From: an uncultured Oligoflexales bacterium
GTDB lineage: Bacteria > Bdellovibrionota_B > Oligoflexia > Oligoflexales > CAZZCU01
DNA: 64,000 nt
NCBI GenBank assembly: GCA_964652825.1
Contig: CAZZCU010000001.1
Location: 67,249 to 131,248 of the forward strand
Direction of reading: 5' to 3'
The position numbers and the translations under genes were made by a program. Shown in pieces: positions 1 through 9,657 of the stretch. The first letter of the stretch is position 1, and each line of letters opens with the position of its first letter. The notes under the pieces are model-generated. The model had not been told where the DNA came from, ran no database searches, and saw only the letters and a list, made by a program, of their open reading frames with translations.

Positions 1-2
1 TG

Positions 3-185
3 GAAAATTTAGAGTTGTATAGTTGCGCCGGCGAGTTGTTGGCTTCGGCCAAGTCATTCGTCGCGCTCTTTGGTATTACAAATACGATCGGACGTCATGC
101 TCATCAGCAATGGCAACAGCATCACGCAGAGGCCGCACGCTTGACGGCGAAATTTATTGCGGAAGCTTGGACTAAAAATCACTAA
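3..185 (+). CDS. 3' end of an unidentified CDS entering from upstream of the window (partial)
   Basis: Frame 3 is open from the window edge for 60 sense codons and ends at TAA 183-185 (..AEAARLTAKFIAEAWTKNH*). It is absent from the ORF track because it has no in-window start. No family recognised. Confidence 0.4.
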   Translation, partial: ENLELYSCAGELLASAKSFVALFGITNTIGRHAHQQWQQHHAEAARLTAKFIAEAWTKNH

Positions 186-201
186 AAAAGGTGAAAACGA
201 A

Positions 202-756
202 ATGCGCTGGCGATTAAAAACACAAAGCGAGATTTTACGTACGCATCCATTCGCGGTTGATAGATTGGAATTGCTCAACACCGAATCGCAACCGCTCAGC
301 CATGAGTTTTATCGGCTAAGTTGTCCCGACTGGGTGAACATTTTGCCGATCACCAATGATGGTCAGGCGATCTTAATCCGCCAACCACGTGCCGGCTCGA
401 TGTCGGAGGTTCTAGAAACGCCGGGTGGCGTTATTGATCCACACGAGAAGGATCCAACCATGGCGGCCGTACGTGAACTGGAAGAAGAAACCGGCTATAC
501 GTCACAGAGATTTTTGCCATTGGGCGCACTGAACCCAAATCCCGCCATCATGAATAATCGCTTGCATATGTTTCTAGCGCTTGGGTGTGTCGTGAACGGT
601 AATCGGCGCCACTTCCCGGATGCCAGCGAAGAAATCGACGTGGTCAAAGTGCCAGCAAAAGCATTGACCCAGATGGTTCGCACCGGCGAAATTGACAGCT
701 GTCTGGCTGGTCTTTGCATTATGCTGGCTGGCAAGTACGTGCAGGTTTCCGAATAA
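202..756 (+). CDS. NUDIX-family hydrolase (ADP-ribose pyrophosphatase-like)
   Basis: Track ORF is 157..756. I prefer ATG 202 because AAGGTG lies 9 nt upstream and it clears the upstream stop at 183-185. Nudix-box-like segment GGVIDPHEKDPTMAAVRELEEETGY. Confidence 0.75.
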   Translation: MRWRLKTQSEILRTHPFAVDRLELLNTESQPLSHEFYRLSCPDWVNILPITNDGQAILIRQPRAGSMSEVLETPGGVIDPHEKDPTMAAVRELEEETGYTSQRFLPLGALNPNPAIMNNRLHMFLALGCVVNGNRRHFPDASEEIDVVKVPAKALTQMVRTGEIDSCLAGLCIMLAGKYVQVSE

Positions 757-805
757 AGCCAAGCGGTGTAGAATAATAGATCATTAATAGAGAAAGGCAG
801 CTTGC

Positions 806-1804
806 ATGGCCACTAACGTAACGCTCATCCCTGGAGACGGCATCGGTCCGGAAATAGCGGAAAGCGTTAAACAGATTTTTGCCAAGGCTGATGTCGATAT
901 TAATTTTGAAGTTATGCCGGCGGGCGAAGACAGTCTGGGCAAACACGGCAGTCTATTACCAGAAATCACCATCAAAAATCTGAAGGCCAATAAAATCGGT
1001 CTAAAAGGCCCGACCACGACTCCGGTTGGCGGCGGTCATCGCTCCGTCAACGTCGACATGCGCCAGCGCTTCGAGCTGTATGCCAACATCCGACCTGTAC
1101 GCACGATTCCAGGTATGAAAAATCTTCACGCCGGCGTTGATATGATCATCGTGCGAGAAAACACCGAAGATCTTTACAAGGGCGTCGAATACAAAATCGG
1201 CAATGGCATCGCACATGGCATCAAAATTATTACCGCCGATGCCTCGCTGCGCATCGGACGTTACGCGTTTGAAATGGCACGCAAACTCGGCAGAAAAAAG
1301 GTCTCCGCCGTTCACAAAGCCAACATTATGAAACTCACCGATGGTTTGTTTCTTGATTGCATTCGTGCTGTCGCCGCGGAATTCAAGGACATTGAATACA
1401 ATGAAGTGATCGTCGATAACTGCTGTATGCAGCTTGTCACCAAACCACAGCAATTCGATGTCATCGTTACGGAGAATCTGTATGGCGATATTCTTTCCGA
1501 TCTGGCTTCGGGTTTAATCGGTGGTTTGGGAGTCGCAGCCGGTGCCAATATCGGTCAGGGCATGGCAATTTTCGAGGCTGTACACGGCTCTGCGCCTGAC
1601 ATCGCCGGCAAGGGTATTGCGAATCCGACGGCGCTTATACTCAGCGGCGTTATGATGTTAGAGTATCTGGGTGATCTGGAAAACGCCGGTCGCATTCGTG
1701 AAGCTGTCTTTAAGACGTTGACGGATCCGCAGCTGTGCACACGCGATATCGGAGGCAACTGCTCCACTGCGCGTTTTACTGAAAATGTTATCGGAAAGCT
1801 ATGA
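806..1804 (+). CDS. isocitrate/isopropylmalate dehydrogenase family enzyme, most like NAD-dependent isocitrate dehydrogenase
   Basis: 332 aa. Motifs [33 protein letters not shown] are typical of beta-decarboxylating dehydrogenases. Substrate assignment (IDH vs LeuB-like) is not certain from sequence reading alone. Confidence 0.8.
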   Translation: MATNVTLIPGDGIGPEIAESVKQIFAKADVDINFEVMPAGEDSLGKHGSLLPEITIKNLKANKIGLKGPTTTPVGGGHRSVNVDMRQRFELYANIRPVRTIPGMKNLHAGVDMIIVRENTEDLYKGVEYKIGNGIAHGIKIITADASLRIGRYAFEMARKLGRKKVSAVHKANIMKLTDGLFLDCIRAVAAEFKDIEYNEVIVDNCCMQLVTKPQQFDVIVTENLYGDILSDLASGLIGGLGVAAGANIGQGMAIFEAVHGSAPDIAGKGIANPTALILSGVMMLEYLGDLENAGRIREAVFKTLTDPQLCTRDIGGNCSTARFTENVIGKL

Positions 1805-2547
1805 GTCAAGCGATCGAAGCAATAGGTAAAACAGATATCGGCCGGGTACGCTCGACCAATCAGGATTCGTTCATGGTCAATCAGGTCGAACGTTTATATA
1901 TTGTTGCCGATGGCATGGGGGGACACGCGGGCGGTGAGATCGCCAGCCGCTTGTGCATTGAAAACGTCAGCAACTATATCCAAAAACACCCCGAAGAGAT
2001 CGCCGCCGCAAAACATCATCCCGACCCCAAACTGCAACGGGTGATGGCCGATGCCATCAATCACGCCTCGGCGCAGATATATGAACGAGCCCTCGAAGAG
2101 CCAAGTCTTCGCGGCATGGGTACGACCGCGACGGTCGCCAAAGTCGTTGATAACTATGTCTACTGTTCACACGTCGGCGACAGCCGCTTGTATTTGATCC
2201 GTTGTGGTTTTTTGTACCAGCTTACCGCTGATCATTCGCTGGTAAGTGAGCAGGTTCGCGCTGGCGTCCTGAGCAAGGAAGAAGCAGAACTACATCACCT
2301 GCGAAACGTCATCACCCGCAGCGTCGGTTATCAGGAAGAAGAAGAAGTGGATACCTTTGCCACCCGGCTCGAACCAGGCGATTTATTGCTGCTGTGCAGC
2401 GACGGCCTACATGGCAAAGTTCCGGATAAAGAGTTGTCCCTTATTATCAATCAGCTAAAATGTGATGCTATCGGCAAACTCATTAATCTAGCTAACGAAC
2501 GGGGCGGCGAAGACAACATAACCGCCATTATTATCTATATAAATTAG
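1801..2547 (+). CDS. PP2C/PPM-family Ser/Thr protein phosphatase
   Basis: Motifs ADGMGGHAGGEIAS, CSDGLHG, GGEDNITAI. The start ATG overlaps the upstream stop (ATGA at 1801-1804). Confidence 0.85.
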   Translation: MSQAIEAIGKTDIGRVRSTNQDSFMVNQVERLYIVADGMGGHAGGEIASRLCIENVSNYIQKHPEEIAAAKHHPDPKLQRVMADAINHASAQIYERALEEPSLRGMGTTATVAKVVDNYVYCSHVGDSRLYLIRCGFLYQLTADHSLVSEQVRAGVLSKEEAELHHLRNVITRSVGYQEEEEVDTFATRLEPGDLLLLCSDGLHGKVPDKELSLIINQLKCDAIGKLINLANERGGEDNITAIIIYIN

Positions 2548-2655
2548 ACTAAAGTTTTGCTGGATTCTGCCGTTACACCAACAATAGAGCAAAGCTTAGG
2601 CAAACGGCAGCTTTGTGGATTTTAAATACTTGATTTTATTGGATTAAGGAAAATA

Positions 2656-3630
2656 ATGCGGCGCTACACGCTGGTCATCATTCCTGACGATGCCAAAGCC
2701 ACCAAACAGGTGACGGTGCCTCGTTTTATCTTTAAAATCGGGGCATTAGCTTCTTTTTTGTTGGCTACGGGCTTTGGCTTCCTGTTTGTGGACTATTGGG
2801 AGCTCCGCCAGATTCGTCATTCCTATGATCAAATCTCTTCAGAAAACGCGGGGTTAAAAGGCGAAGCACGACGCCTGATGGCCAGCCTGGAGTCGGTAAA
2901 ACAGGGCCTGAATCGCGTTAAGGATTACAGTGAAAAGCTCGGTGAAATCACAAGCTTAAAGGTCCAACAAGTCAGCAAGAAAACTGGTATCGGTCCTTTA
3001 TCCCGCGAAGAATACAAAGTCGCCATGCGCAACGCCGGCAGCGGCGGAACCCTTTCGACCACCGATTACCTACCCATGGGTGTCAACCCTGATAGTCTAG
3101 TGTTTCGGCCGGTTTTTGATCGCCTAATGACTCTAGAGGTAGAAGCCAATCAGCAGGCCATCGAACTGCAACAACTCCTGTCACAAGTAAGCCAGCAACG
3201 CTCGTTGCTGATGTCGGTACCATCCATCGCACCAGTGCGCGGCTGGATCACCAGTGGCTATGGTCGCCGGATTTCGCCTTTTACCGGCGAAAGCTCTCTG
3301 CACCAAGGTATTGACCTGGCGTCACCCGTTGGTACGCCAATATATGCTCCCGCTGATGGCGTGGTGATTTTTGTCGGCGCCAAAGAGGGCTACGGTAATT
3401 TTATTATGATCGCGCACGGCTATGGCATCATTTCACGTTATGGACACAATGCCGAGAACCTGGTCCAAATCGGGCAACGCATTAAGCGCGGCGAGCAAAT
3501 TGCGACCGTTGGTATGACCGGCCAAACCACCGGCCCCCATCTTCATTACGAAGTCGTGCTTAACGGCATGACTGCTAATCCACAGAAATTTATCCTCGAC
3601 CAGCTCCCGGCCTCGTACTCGTTTCACTAA
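2656..3630 (+). CDS. M23/LytM-family metallopeptidase with N-terminal membrane anchor and long helical region
   Basis: C-terminal HQGIDLA (HxxxD) and GPHLHYEV (HxH) zinc-ligand motifs. Hydrophobic segment FIFKIGALASFLLATGFGFLFV near the N-terminus. Confidence 0.85.
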   Translation: MRRYTLVIIPDDAKATKQVTVPRFIFKIGALASFLLATGFGFLFVDYWELRQIRHSYDQISSENAGLKGEARRLMASLESVKQGLNRVKDYSEKLGEITSLKVQQVSKKTGIGPLSREEYKVAMRNAGSGGTLSTTDYLPMGVNPDSLVFRPVFDRLMTLEVEANQQAIELQQLLSQVSQQRSLLMSVPSIAPVRGWITSGYGRRISPFTGESSLHQGIDLASPVGTPIYAPADGVVIFVGAKEGYGNFIMIAHGYGIISRYGHNAENLVQIGQRIKRGEQIATVGMTGQTTGPHLHYEVVLNGMTANPQKFILDQLPASYSFH

Positions 3631-3665
3631 AAGCGATCGCCATTGGCTATCTTCCTTTGTCTTCG

Positions 3666-3706
3666 CACTGTAGCCCTTAATTAATTGGGATTTCGGTGCT
3701 ACAGTG
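3666..3706 (+). terminator. possible hairpin downstream of the M23 peptidase gene
   Basis: CACTGTAGC (3666-3674) pairs with GCTACAGTG (3698-3706), a 9-bp stem. The loop is large (23 nt) and only a short T4 run follows, so this is weak as an intrinsic terminator. Confidence 0.3.
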
Positions 3707-3803
3707 ACCGGTGCATATTTTGGCAATTCCGCACAGAGCCACCGCTTGGTAGGATTTGTGGCTGGATTTGATTGTTCTTTTATCGTCATTAGAAGAGTTA
3801 ATT

Positions 3804-6461
3804 ATGATAGTGAATTTCGCCAAAAAACTATTCGGCACCAAAAATGATCGCGAGATCAAACGCATTCAACCCTTTATCGAGCGTATCAACGCCCTCGAAG
3901 CGGATATGCAAAAACTCAATGATGCCGACCTGGCGAACCAAACCGTTAAATTAAAGGAACGCGTAGCTAACGGCCAGCCACTGATTGAGGTCGCTCCCGA
4001 AGCTTTTGCCACCGTGCGTGAAGCCAGTCGACGGATCACGGGCATGCGTCATTTCGATGTGCAATTGATCGGCGGCTTCGTCCTGCAGGAAGGCAAGATC
4101 GCCGAAATGAAAACCGGCGAGGGCAAAACGCTGACCGCTACCTTGCCAACATATCTGCACGCCTTAACCGGCAAGGGTGCTCACGTTATCACCGTTAACG
4201 ATTATCTGGCACGGCGGGATGCGGAATGGATGGGAAAGATATACGGTGCTTTGGGCATGCGCACCGGCTTGATCGTTCACGGCTTAAACGATACACAACG
4301 ACGCGAAGCCTACGCATCTGACATTACCTACGGCACCAATAACGAATTCGGCTTTGACTACCTGCGCGATAACATGAAAACCGAATTACAGCGTCTGGTG
4401 CAGCGCGGTCATAATTTTGCGATTGTCGACGAAGTCGACTCCATTTTGATCGACGAGGCACGAACGCCGCTGATCATTTCCGGACCAACCGAAGCCAATA
4501 CCGAGCTTTACGCGGTCGTCAATGCAACGATCCCCGGATTACAAAAAGACAGCGATTATCTGATCGATGAAAAGTCGCGCAATGTCTCGCTGACCGAAGA
4601 CGGCATCAGCAAGCTGGAAAAACGCTTACGCATTGATAATTTGTACGATCCCAAAAACATCGATCATCTGCATCATGTGCAACAAGCGATTAAAGCCCAC
4701 TTCATCTTTAAAAAGGACGTGGACTATGTCGTACGCGAAAACAAAGTCGTCATTGTTGATGAGTTTACCGGCCGCCTGATGCCAGGTCGTCGTTATAGTG
4801 ACGGCCTGCACGGGGCACTCGAAGCCAAAGAGCATCTGGAGGTCGAAAGCGAGAATCAGACCCTGGCAACCATCACTTTCCAGAACTTCTTCCGTATGTA
4901 TTCGACATTGTCTGGCATGACGGGAACGGCTGACACGGAAGCCGTAGAGTTCCAGAAAATTTACAACCTGGCCGTCATCTGTATCCCAACCAATCGCAAC
5001 CTGATCCGTTTGGATCGTGACGATATTATTTATCGTACTGCGCGCGAAAAATTTAATATCATCGCCGATGAAATCGCCGAGCGCCAAAAAAAGGGGCAGC
5101 CGGTTTTAGTCGGTACAGTGAGTGTGGAAAAATCCGAGCTACTGTCTACTTTGTTGCATAAGCGCGGCACGCCACACGAAGTACTCAACGCTAAAAACCA
5201 TGCCCGAGAAGCTCAGATCATCGAGCAGGCTGGGCAAAAGGGCCATATCACAATCTCAACTAACATGGCCGGCCGGGGAACGGATATCGTACTTGGGCCC
5301 GGTGTGAAAGATCTTGGCGGGTTGTGCGTCATCGGTACCGAGCGTCACGATTCGCGCCGCATCGACAACCAATTGCGTGGTCGCTCCGGCCGGCAAGGTG
5401 ACCCCGGTGAAACCAAATTCTTCTTGTCACTCGAAGATGATTTGATGCGTATCTTTGCTTCGGATCGCTTGTCAGCGATCATGGGGCGACTTGGCATGAA
5501 GGAAAATGAAGCGATCATCTCGCCGATGGTTACCCGCGCCATTGAAAAGGCGCAAAAGCGCGTCGAAGAACAAAACTTCAGCAGCCGTAAGCATTTGCTG
5601 GAATATGACGATGTCATGAATCAGCAGCGTCAGGTGATCTACGGACGCCGGCGCCAGGTTCTTGAGGGAACGGTCGAGCTGGACTTTTTTAGTCGCACGA
5701 TCAAAATTCTGGCAGAAAATGTTTTAGCACGTCTATCGCCGGAGTCGACCGGTCAACAAGCGTGGGATTTGGCACAAGCCGAAGCCGAGCTGCAGCGAGA
5801 GTTCAATGTCCCCGTCCATCTACAGACGCTGGGACCAGAGGGCGAACCTAGCCTGGAATTGTACGCCGATCTCGCCGCGGAACAACTGAGCAAAGCCTAC
5901 GAAGAAAAACGCGGCAAAGTTAATCCGGACATTATGCGTAGGATCGAATGCTTTATTTATCTGCAAATCATCGACGCGGCGTGGAAGGATCACCTGCTGG
6001 GGATGGACCATCTGAAAGACAGCGTTAGCTTGCGTGGCTATGGCCAGCGCGATCCATTGCAGGAATACAAGCGGGAGGCTTTTAGTCTGTTTGAAGCCAC
6101 CATGAATCGCATCGAAGACGAAACAACCCTAACGCTTCTGCGCATGTCGCCTCCAGAAGTCGTGCCAGAACCCGCACATTCGGAACTAGACGAATCGCAA
6201 CTGACGTTTAAACATGCGGACGCGGGGTCGGGCATTCCGGCTGGTGGCGGCAACCGGGCGCCGACACATAGCAATAACGTTGGCGAAGATGGTATGATTT
6301 ATCATGGGCAACGCGGCGACCAACGCCCGGCGCCACAAACGCAGCCGTTCAAACGGCAAGAAGGAAAAGTCGGACGCAATGACTTATGTCCGTGTGGTTC
6401 CGGCAAAAAGTACAAAAAATGTCACGGAGCCGCTGGCGCCGGCATGCACGCTGAATCTTAG
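3804..6461 (+). CDS. secA: preprotein translocase ATPase SecA
   Basis: MKTGEGKTL Walker [20 protein letters not shown]-terminal zinc finger [14 protein letters not shown]. The track ORF starts at 3756. ATG 3804 gives the canonical [18 protein letters not shown]-terminus. Confidence 0.97.
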   Translation: MIVNFAKKLFGTKNDREIKRIQPFIERINALEADMQKLNDADLANQTVKLKERVANGQPLIEVAPEAFATVREASRRITGMRHFDVQLIGGFVLQEGKIAEMKTGEGKTLTATLPTYLHALTGKGAHVITVNDYLARRDAEWMGKIYGALGMRTGLIVHGLNDTQRREAYASDITYGTNNEFGFDYLRDNMKTELQRLVQRGHNFAIVDEVDSILIDEARTPLIISGPTEANTELYAVVNATIPGLQKDSDYLIDEKSRNVSLTEDGISKLEKRLRIDNLYDPKNIDHLHHVQQAIKAHFIFKKDVDYVVRENKVVIVDEFTGRLMPGRRYSDGLHGALEAKEHLEVESENQTLATITFQNFFRMYSTLSGMTGTADTEAVEFQKIYNLAVICIPTNRNLIRLDRDDIIYRTAREKFNIIADEIAERQKKGQPVLVGTVSVEKSELLSTLLHKRGTPHEVLNAKNHAREAQIIEQAGQKGHITISTNMAGRGTDIVLGPGVKDLGGLCVIGTERHDSRRIDNQLRGRSGRQGDPGETKFFLSLEDDLMRIFASDRLSAIMGRLGMKENEAIISPMVTRAIEKAQKRVEEQNFSSRKHLLEYDDVMNQQRQVIYGRRRQVLEGTVELDFFSRTIKILAENVLARLSPESTGQQAWDLAQAEAELQREFNVPVHLQTLGPEGEPSLELYADLAAEQLSKAYEEKRGKVNPDIMRRIECFIYLQIIDAAWKDHLLGMDHLKDSVSLRGYGQRDPLQEYKREAFSLFEATMNRIEDETTLTLLRMSPPEVVPEPAHSELDESQLTFKHADAGSGIPAGGGNRAPTHSNNVGEDGMIYHGQRGDQRPAPQTQPFKRQEGKVGRNDLCPCGSGKKYKKCHGAAGAGMHAES

Positions 6462-6472
6462 CAAAGGTAAAC

Positions 6473-7003
6473 ATGAATCGCCTGCTTGAGTTAAATATCG
6501 GTGATGAGTCCGAAGTTGTCACAAGGATTTTAGTCGATGTCCATCAGGCGATTGATGCTAACTTTGAACATGCCGCGGCACCGCCGCGACGTTTCACCAA
6601 AACAACTTTCAGCGATCAACTGGAAGACACCAACCTGAATCAATTGCCCGGATATGAGCAGCAACCGGAGAACGATGTTGCCGTTACCAAAGAAAAAATG
6701 GTGCGATTGGATCAGTCACCACCTGAGAAAACCGACGAGCCACGCCCGCTGGCAGCCGCGGCAAAAGGCCACGAACAACAAGATGGTTTATTCTTCAGCC
6801 ATCTGACATCCGTCGTACCGAATGCTGATACCGGACCGAACCAAAACCTTCACCCTGATCAATACACGGATTTGCAAAGAATCGGACGACCTAAGTCAAA
6901 ATATCTCAAAATCCTGGTGCTGATATTATTAGTTATGACGCTGATCGGTCTGGCGGCACTGTGGCTAGCAACAAATCTTAAATTACCAGACGCCTATCAG
7001 TAG
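6473..7003 (+). CDS. hypothetical protein, low-complexity with single C-terminal transmembrane segment
   Basis: 176-aa ORF 11 nt after secA. Pro/Glu/Gln-rich middle and a C-terminal hydrophobic stretch YLKILVLILLVMTLIGLAALWLA. No family recognised. Confidence 0.5.
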   Translation: MNRLLELNIGDESEVVTRILVDVHQAIDANFEHAAAPPRRFTKTTFSDQLEDTNLNQLPGYEQQPENDVAVTKEKMVRLDQSPPEKTDEPRPLAAAAKGHEQQDGLFFSHLTSVVPNADTGPNQNLHPDQYTDLQRIGRPKSKYLKILVLILLVMTLIGLAALWLATNLKLPDAYQ

Positions 7004-7006
7004 AAT

Positions 7007-7750
7007 CTAACTCTCGACTTCACGACCTTCCGCGGCACTCAATTGCAACGCAAAAACATCGGCCAACGCCGCCTCTGCAGCATCCATAATCCGCACTACT
7101 TGATCCTTGCTAAATGAGGCCCGCTCACCTGTTCCTTGAATCTCAAGAATCTTACCGGATTGTGTCATCACCACATTCATATCCAAATCAGCGCTGCTAT
7201 CTTCTTCGTAATTCAGATCCACCAAAATCTCATCGCGACACAAGCCAACGGATACCGCGGCCACTACATCGCGCATGGGATTAATCTTGAGACGACCGCC
7301 GCGCAGAAGCTTGTTAACAGCCATCTGCAACGCAACAAAGGCTCCGGTGACCGCAGTCGTGCGTGTTCCACCATCCGCCTGCAATACGTCACAGTCGATC
7401 GTGAACGTCATATCGGGACACTTGTACAAATCAATCGCACCACGCAGGGATCTACCAATCAGCCGCTGAATTTCCTGCGTTCGTCCCGAAGGATGCGGTC
7501 GCTCGCGCCGCATTCTTCCGGCCGTCGCGGACGGCAACATAGAATATTCCGCTGTCAACCAACCTTGTGGAGGAGTCGCATTCCGCAAAAACGGTGGCAC
7601 CGTATTCTCCACGCAAACCGTGCACAAAACTCTAGTCTCGCCGGCTTCAATCAAAACGCTACCATCGGCATGTTTCGTAAAATTGGGAATTATGCGTAAC
7701 GGACGTATTTGTGTTGTTACTCGACCATCATTGCGTAGCATAGCGTTCAT
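7007..7750 (-). CDS. rph: ribonuclease PH
   Basis: N-terminus GRVTTQIRPLRIIPNFTKHADGSVLIEAGETRVLCTV and GRTQEIQRLIGRSLR are typical of RNase PH. The start could also be the Met at residue 4. Confidence 0.92.
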   Translation of the reverse strand: MNAMLRNDGRVTTQIRPLRIIPNFTKHADGSVLIEAGETRVLCTVCVENTVPPFLRNATPPQGWLTAEYSMLPSATAGRMRRERPHPSGRTQEIQRLIGRSLRGAIDLYKCPDMTFTIDCDVLQADGGTRTTAVTGAFVALQMAVNKLLRGGRLKINPMRDVVAAVSVGLCRDEILVDLNYEEDSSADLDMNVVMTQSGKILEIQGTGERASFSKDQVVRIMDAAEAALADVFALQLSAAEGREVES

Positions 7751-7954
7751 TTCCTTACTGCTAGTGGCGCTTGGACTCTAGACCGGGCCCTTCTTTTAAC
7801 TGGAAGTGGCTTTGGGATCAAGGGGTTTGATTTTATTGGTTTTTATCCGGGGTTTTTTCCATAAAACAACCCATTGCCGTTAAGGATCGCCTACGGAACT
7901 CCGATTAGAACGTATCGAGAATCGATGACTTTGCTGCTTTAGGAGCAAAAACCG

Positions 7955-8182
7955 ATGGCTGACTTGCGTAAAGCCCGCATGGTTTCCATGCGCATGACCG
8001 AAAAACAATATAAACGCATCAATGATATGGCTGATCGCATCAAGCAATCCACCGGTTTTCGCATCACGCGTGCGTCCATTATGCTGAAGCTCATGGAACT
8101 CGGCCTGTCCAAATTTGAGCAGGAATTTCCCGAAGCCAAACTGGAAAAGCTGACCAAACCAGACGATGTCAGTGGATTTTAA
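7955..8182 (+). CDS. small ribbon-helix-helix-like (CopG/Arc-type) protein, function unknown
   Basis: 75 aa with AGGAG 9 nt upstream of the ATG. The pattern RMVSMRMTEKQYKRINDMADRI..TRASIMLKLMELGL looks like strand-helix-helix. Monocistronic between rph and purF. Confidence 0.55.
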   Translation: MADLRKARMVSMRMTEKQYKRINDMADRIKQSTGFRITRASIMLKLMELGLSKFEQEFPEAKLEKLTKPDDVSGF

Positions 8183-8223
8183 TTAGGGGAATTCGGGTTC
8201 AGTCGTGTGTCCCCAAATTAAAA
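8177..8223. terminator. possible bidirectional hairpin between the convergent RHH gene and purF
   Basis: TTTTAATTAGGGGA (8177-8190) pairs with TCCCCAAATTAAAA (8210-8223) with one mismatch. The loop is 19 nt and both flanks are A/T-rich. The large loop makes it non-canonical. Confidence 0.35.
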
Positions 8224-9645
8224 TTAGCACCCAGCTCTAAGACCGGGTCCCTCTTTATCCGTCGGCTGCACGGGAATCTCGGTGCAAACATCTTCCGGAT
8301 ACTTACCGCTGAAACAACCAAAGCAATACTTGCCGGCGGCATTATCGCCCAAGGCCCGCTGCAGCGCGCCTAAACTCAAAAACGCCAACGAATCCGAGCC
8401 AATGAAGGTCCGCATCTGCTCGACATTTTTTTGCGCGGCCAGCAACTTGCCACGCTCAGGAGTATCGACGCCAAAAAAACATGAATGCGTGATCGGCGGT
8501 GAGCCTATACGCATATGAATTTCTTTGGCGCCCGCGTTTCGCAATATGCGAATAATTTTCGCCGACGTCGTACCACGTACAATCGAATCATCAATGACAA
8601 TCACGCGCTTATCTTTGAGCACGGAGTGCACGGGATTTAGTTTTAGTTTTACACCAAAATCGCGAATTGCCTGCGTCGGTTCAATGAAGGTACGCCCGAC
8701 ATAATGATTACGCACCAGACCAGTCTCCAGAGGCAACTGGCACTCTTCAGCATAACCCATGGCCATTGGTGTTCCCGAGTCAGGAACAGCAATGACGACA
8801 TCGGCAGATACATGCGCTTCCTTCGCCAACTCCGCACCGATTCGTTTGCGTACCGCGTACATCTCCTGACCAAAGATACGACTATCAGGACGCGCAAAAT
8901 AAATCGGCTCGAAGGAACAAAAGCCACCTTTATGCTGCTCAGTGGGAAAAGACGCCTGCATTTTATCGCCAACAAATTCAATCAATTCGCCTGGCGCAAC
9001 TTCGCGTTCAAATTTGGCATCCAAAAGATCCAAAGCACAGGTCTCGCTAGCCACGATCCAAGCCGTGCCGCGTCTGCCTATGACCAACGGCCGAAAACCA
9101 AATGGATCACGCAGCGCAAACAGTCGATCCGGCGTGGAGATAATCAGTGAATAGGCGCCCTTTACCTGGCGCATAACCTCGGCAATGCGTTCGCTCAAGC
9201 TTTTGGCCCGACTACGCGCCAACAAATGCATGAAGACTTCCGTATCGGAGGTACTGTGAAAAATACTGCCTCCGGCTTCGAGCTCCGCACGTAAATTTTT
9301 TGCATTGGTCAAATTGCCGTTATGTGCGATCGCCAACGGTCCAAGCGAGGAATTAAAGGAAAACGGCTGAATATTCTGAACGGATTTGCCGCCCTGCGTC
9401 GAATAACGGACATGGCCGACACCATTGCTGCCGGGCAGTTTGTCCAAAACATCTTTAGTAATGCCATCGGCAACCAGACCAAAAGTTTTGTGAGCAAACG
9501 TCTGGCCACGCTCATCAAACGTCACAATACCGCAAGCTTCTTGGCCACGGTGTTGTAATGCGTACAGTCCAAGATAAATCAGATTTGCCGCCTCGGGATC
9601 TCCCAACACGCCAACTACGCCACATTCTTCATGAAGTTCAAACAT
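8224..9645 (-). CDS. purF: amidophosphoribosyltransferase
   Basis: N-terminal HEECGVVGV (Ntn Cys), PRPP-binding VIVIDDSIVRGTT, C-terminal Cys residues. Confidence 0.95.
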   Translation of the reverse strand: MFELHEECGVVGVLGDPEAANLIYLGLYALQHRGQEACGIVTFDERGQTFAHKTFGLVADGITKDVLDKLPGSNGVGHVRYSTQGGKSVQNIQPFSFNSSLGPLAIAHNGNLTNAKNLRAELEAGGSIFHSTSDTEVFMHLLARSRAKSLSERIAEVMRQVKGAYSLIISTPDRLFALRDPFGFRPLVIGRRGTAWIVASETCALDLLDAKFEREVAPGELIEFVGDKMQASFPTEQHKGGFCSFEPIYFARPDSRIFGQEMYAVRKRIGAELAKEAHVSADVVIAVPDSGTPMAMGYAEECQLPLETGLVRNHYVGRTFIEPTQAIRDFGVKLKLNPVHSVLKDKRVIVIDDSIVRGTTSAKIIRILRNAGAKEIHMRIGSPPITHSCFFGVDTPERGKLLAAQKNVEQMRTFIGSDSLAFLSLGALQRALGDNAAGKYCFGCFSGKYPEDVCTEIPVQPTDKEGPGLRAGC

Positions 9646-9657
9646 TATCTTCCACGT

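Noticed and set aside
2567-2610. Inverted repeat CTGCCGTT ... AACGGCAG after the PP2C gene as a terminator
   Set aside because: The stem is 8 bp but the loop is 28 nt and there is no clean T-run, so it is not convincing as an intrinsic terminator.
3756-3803. 5' extensions of track ORFs: secA 3756, sdhB 13698, atpA 51226, gyrB 59741, rsmH 32232, parA 54577, yajC 20368, LysM 30633
   Set aside because: The longest-ORF starts overlap the upstream gene or contain the Shine-Dalgarno of a better internal start that yields the canonical N-terminus. Coordinates were trimmed accordingly.
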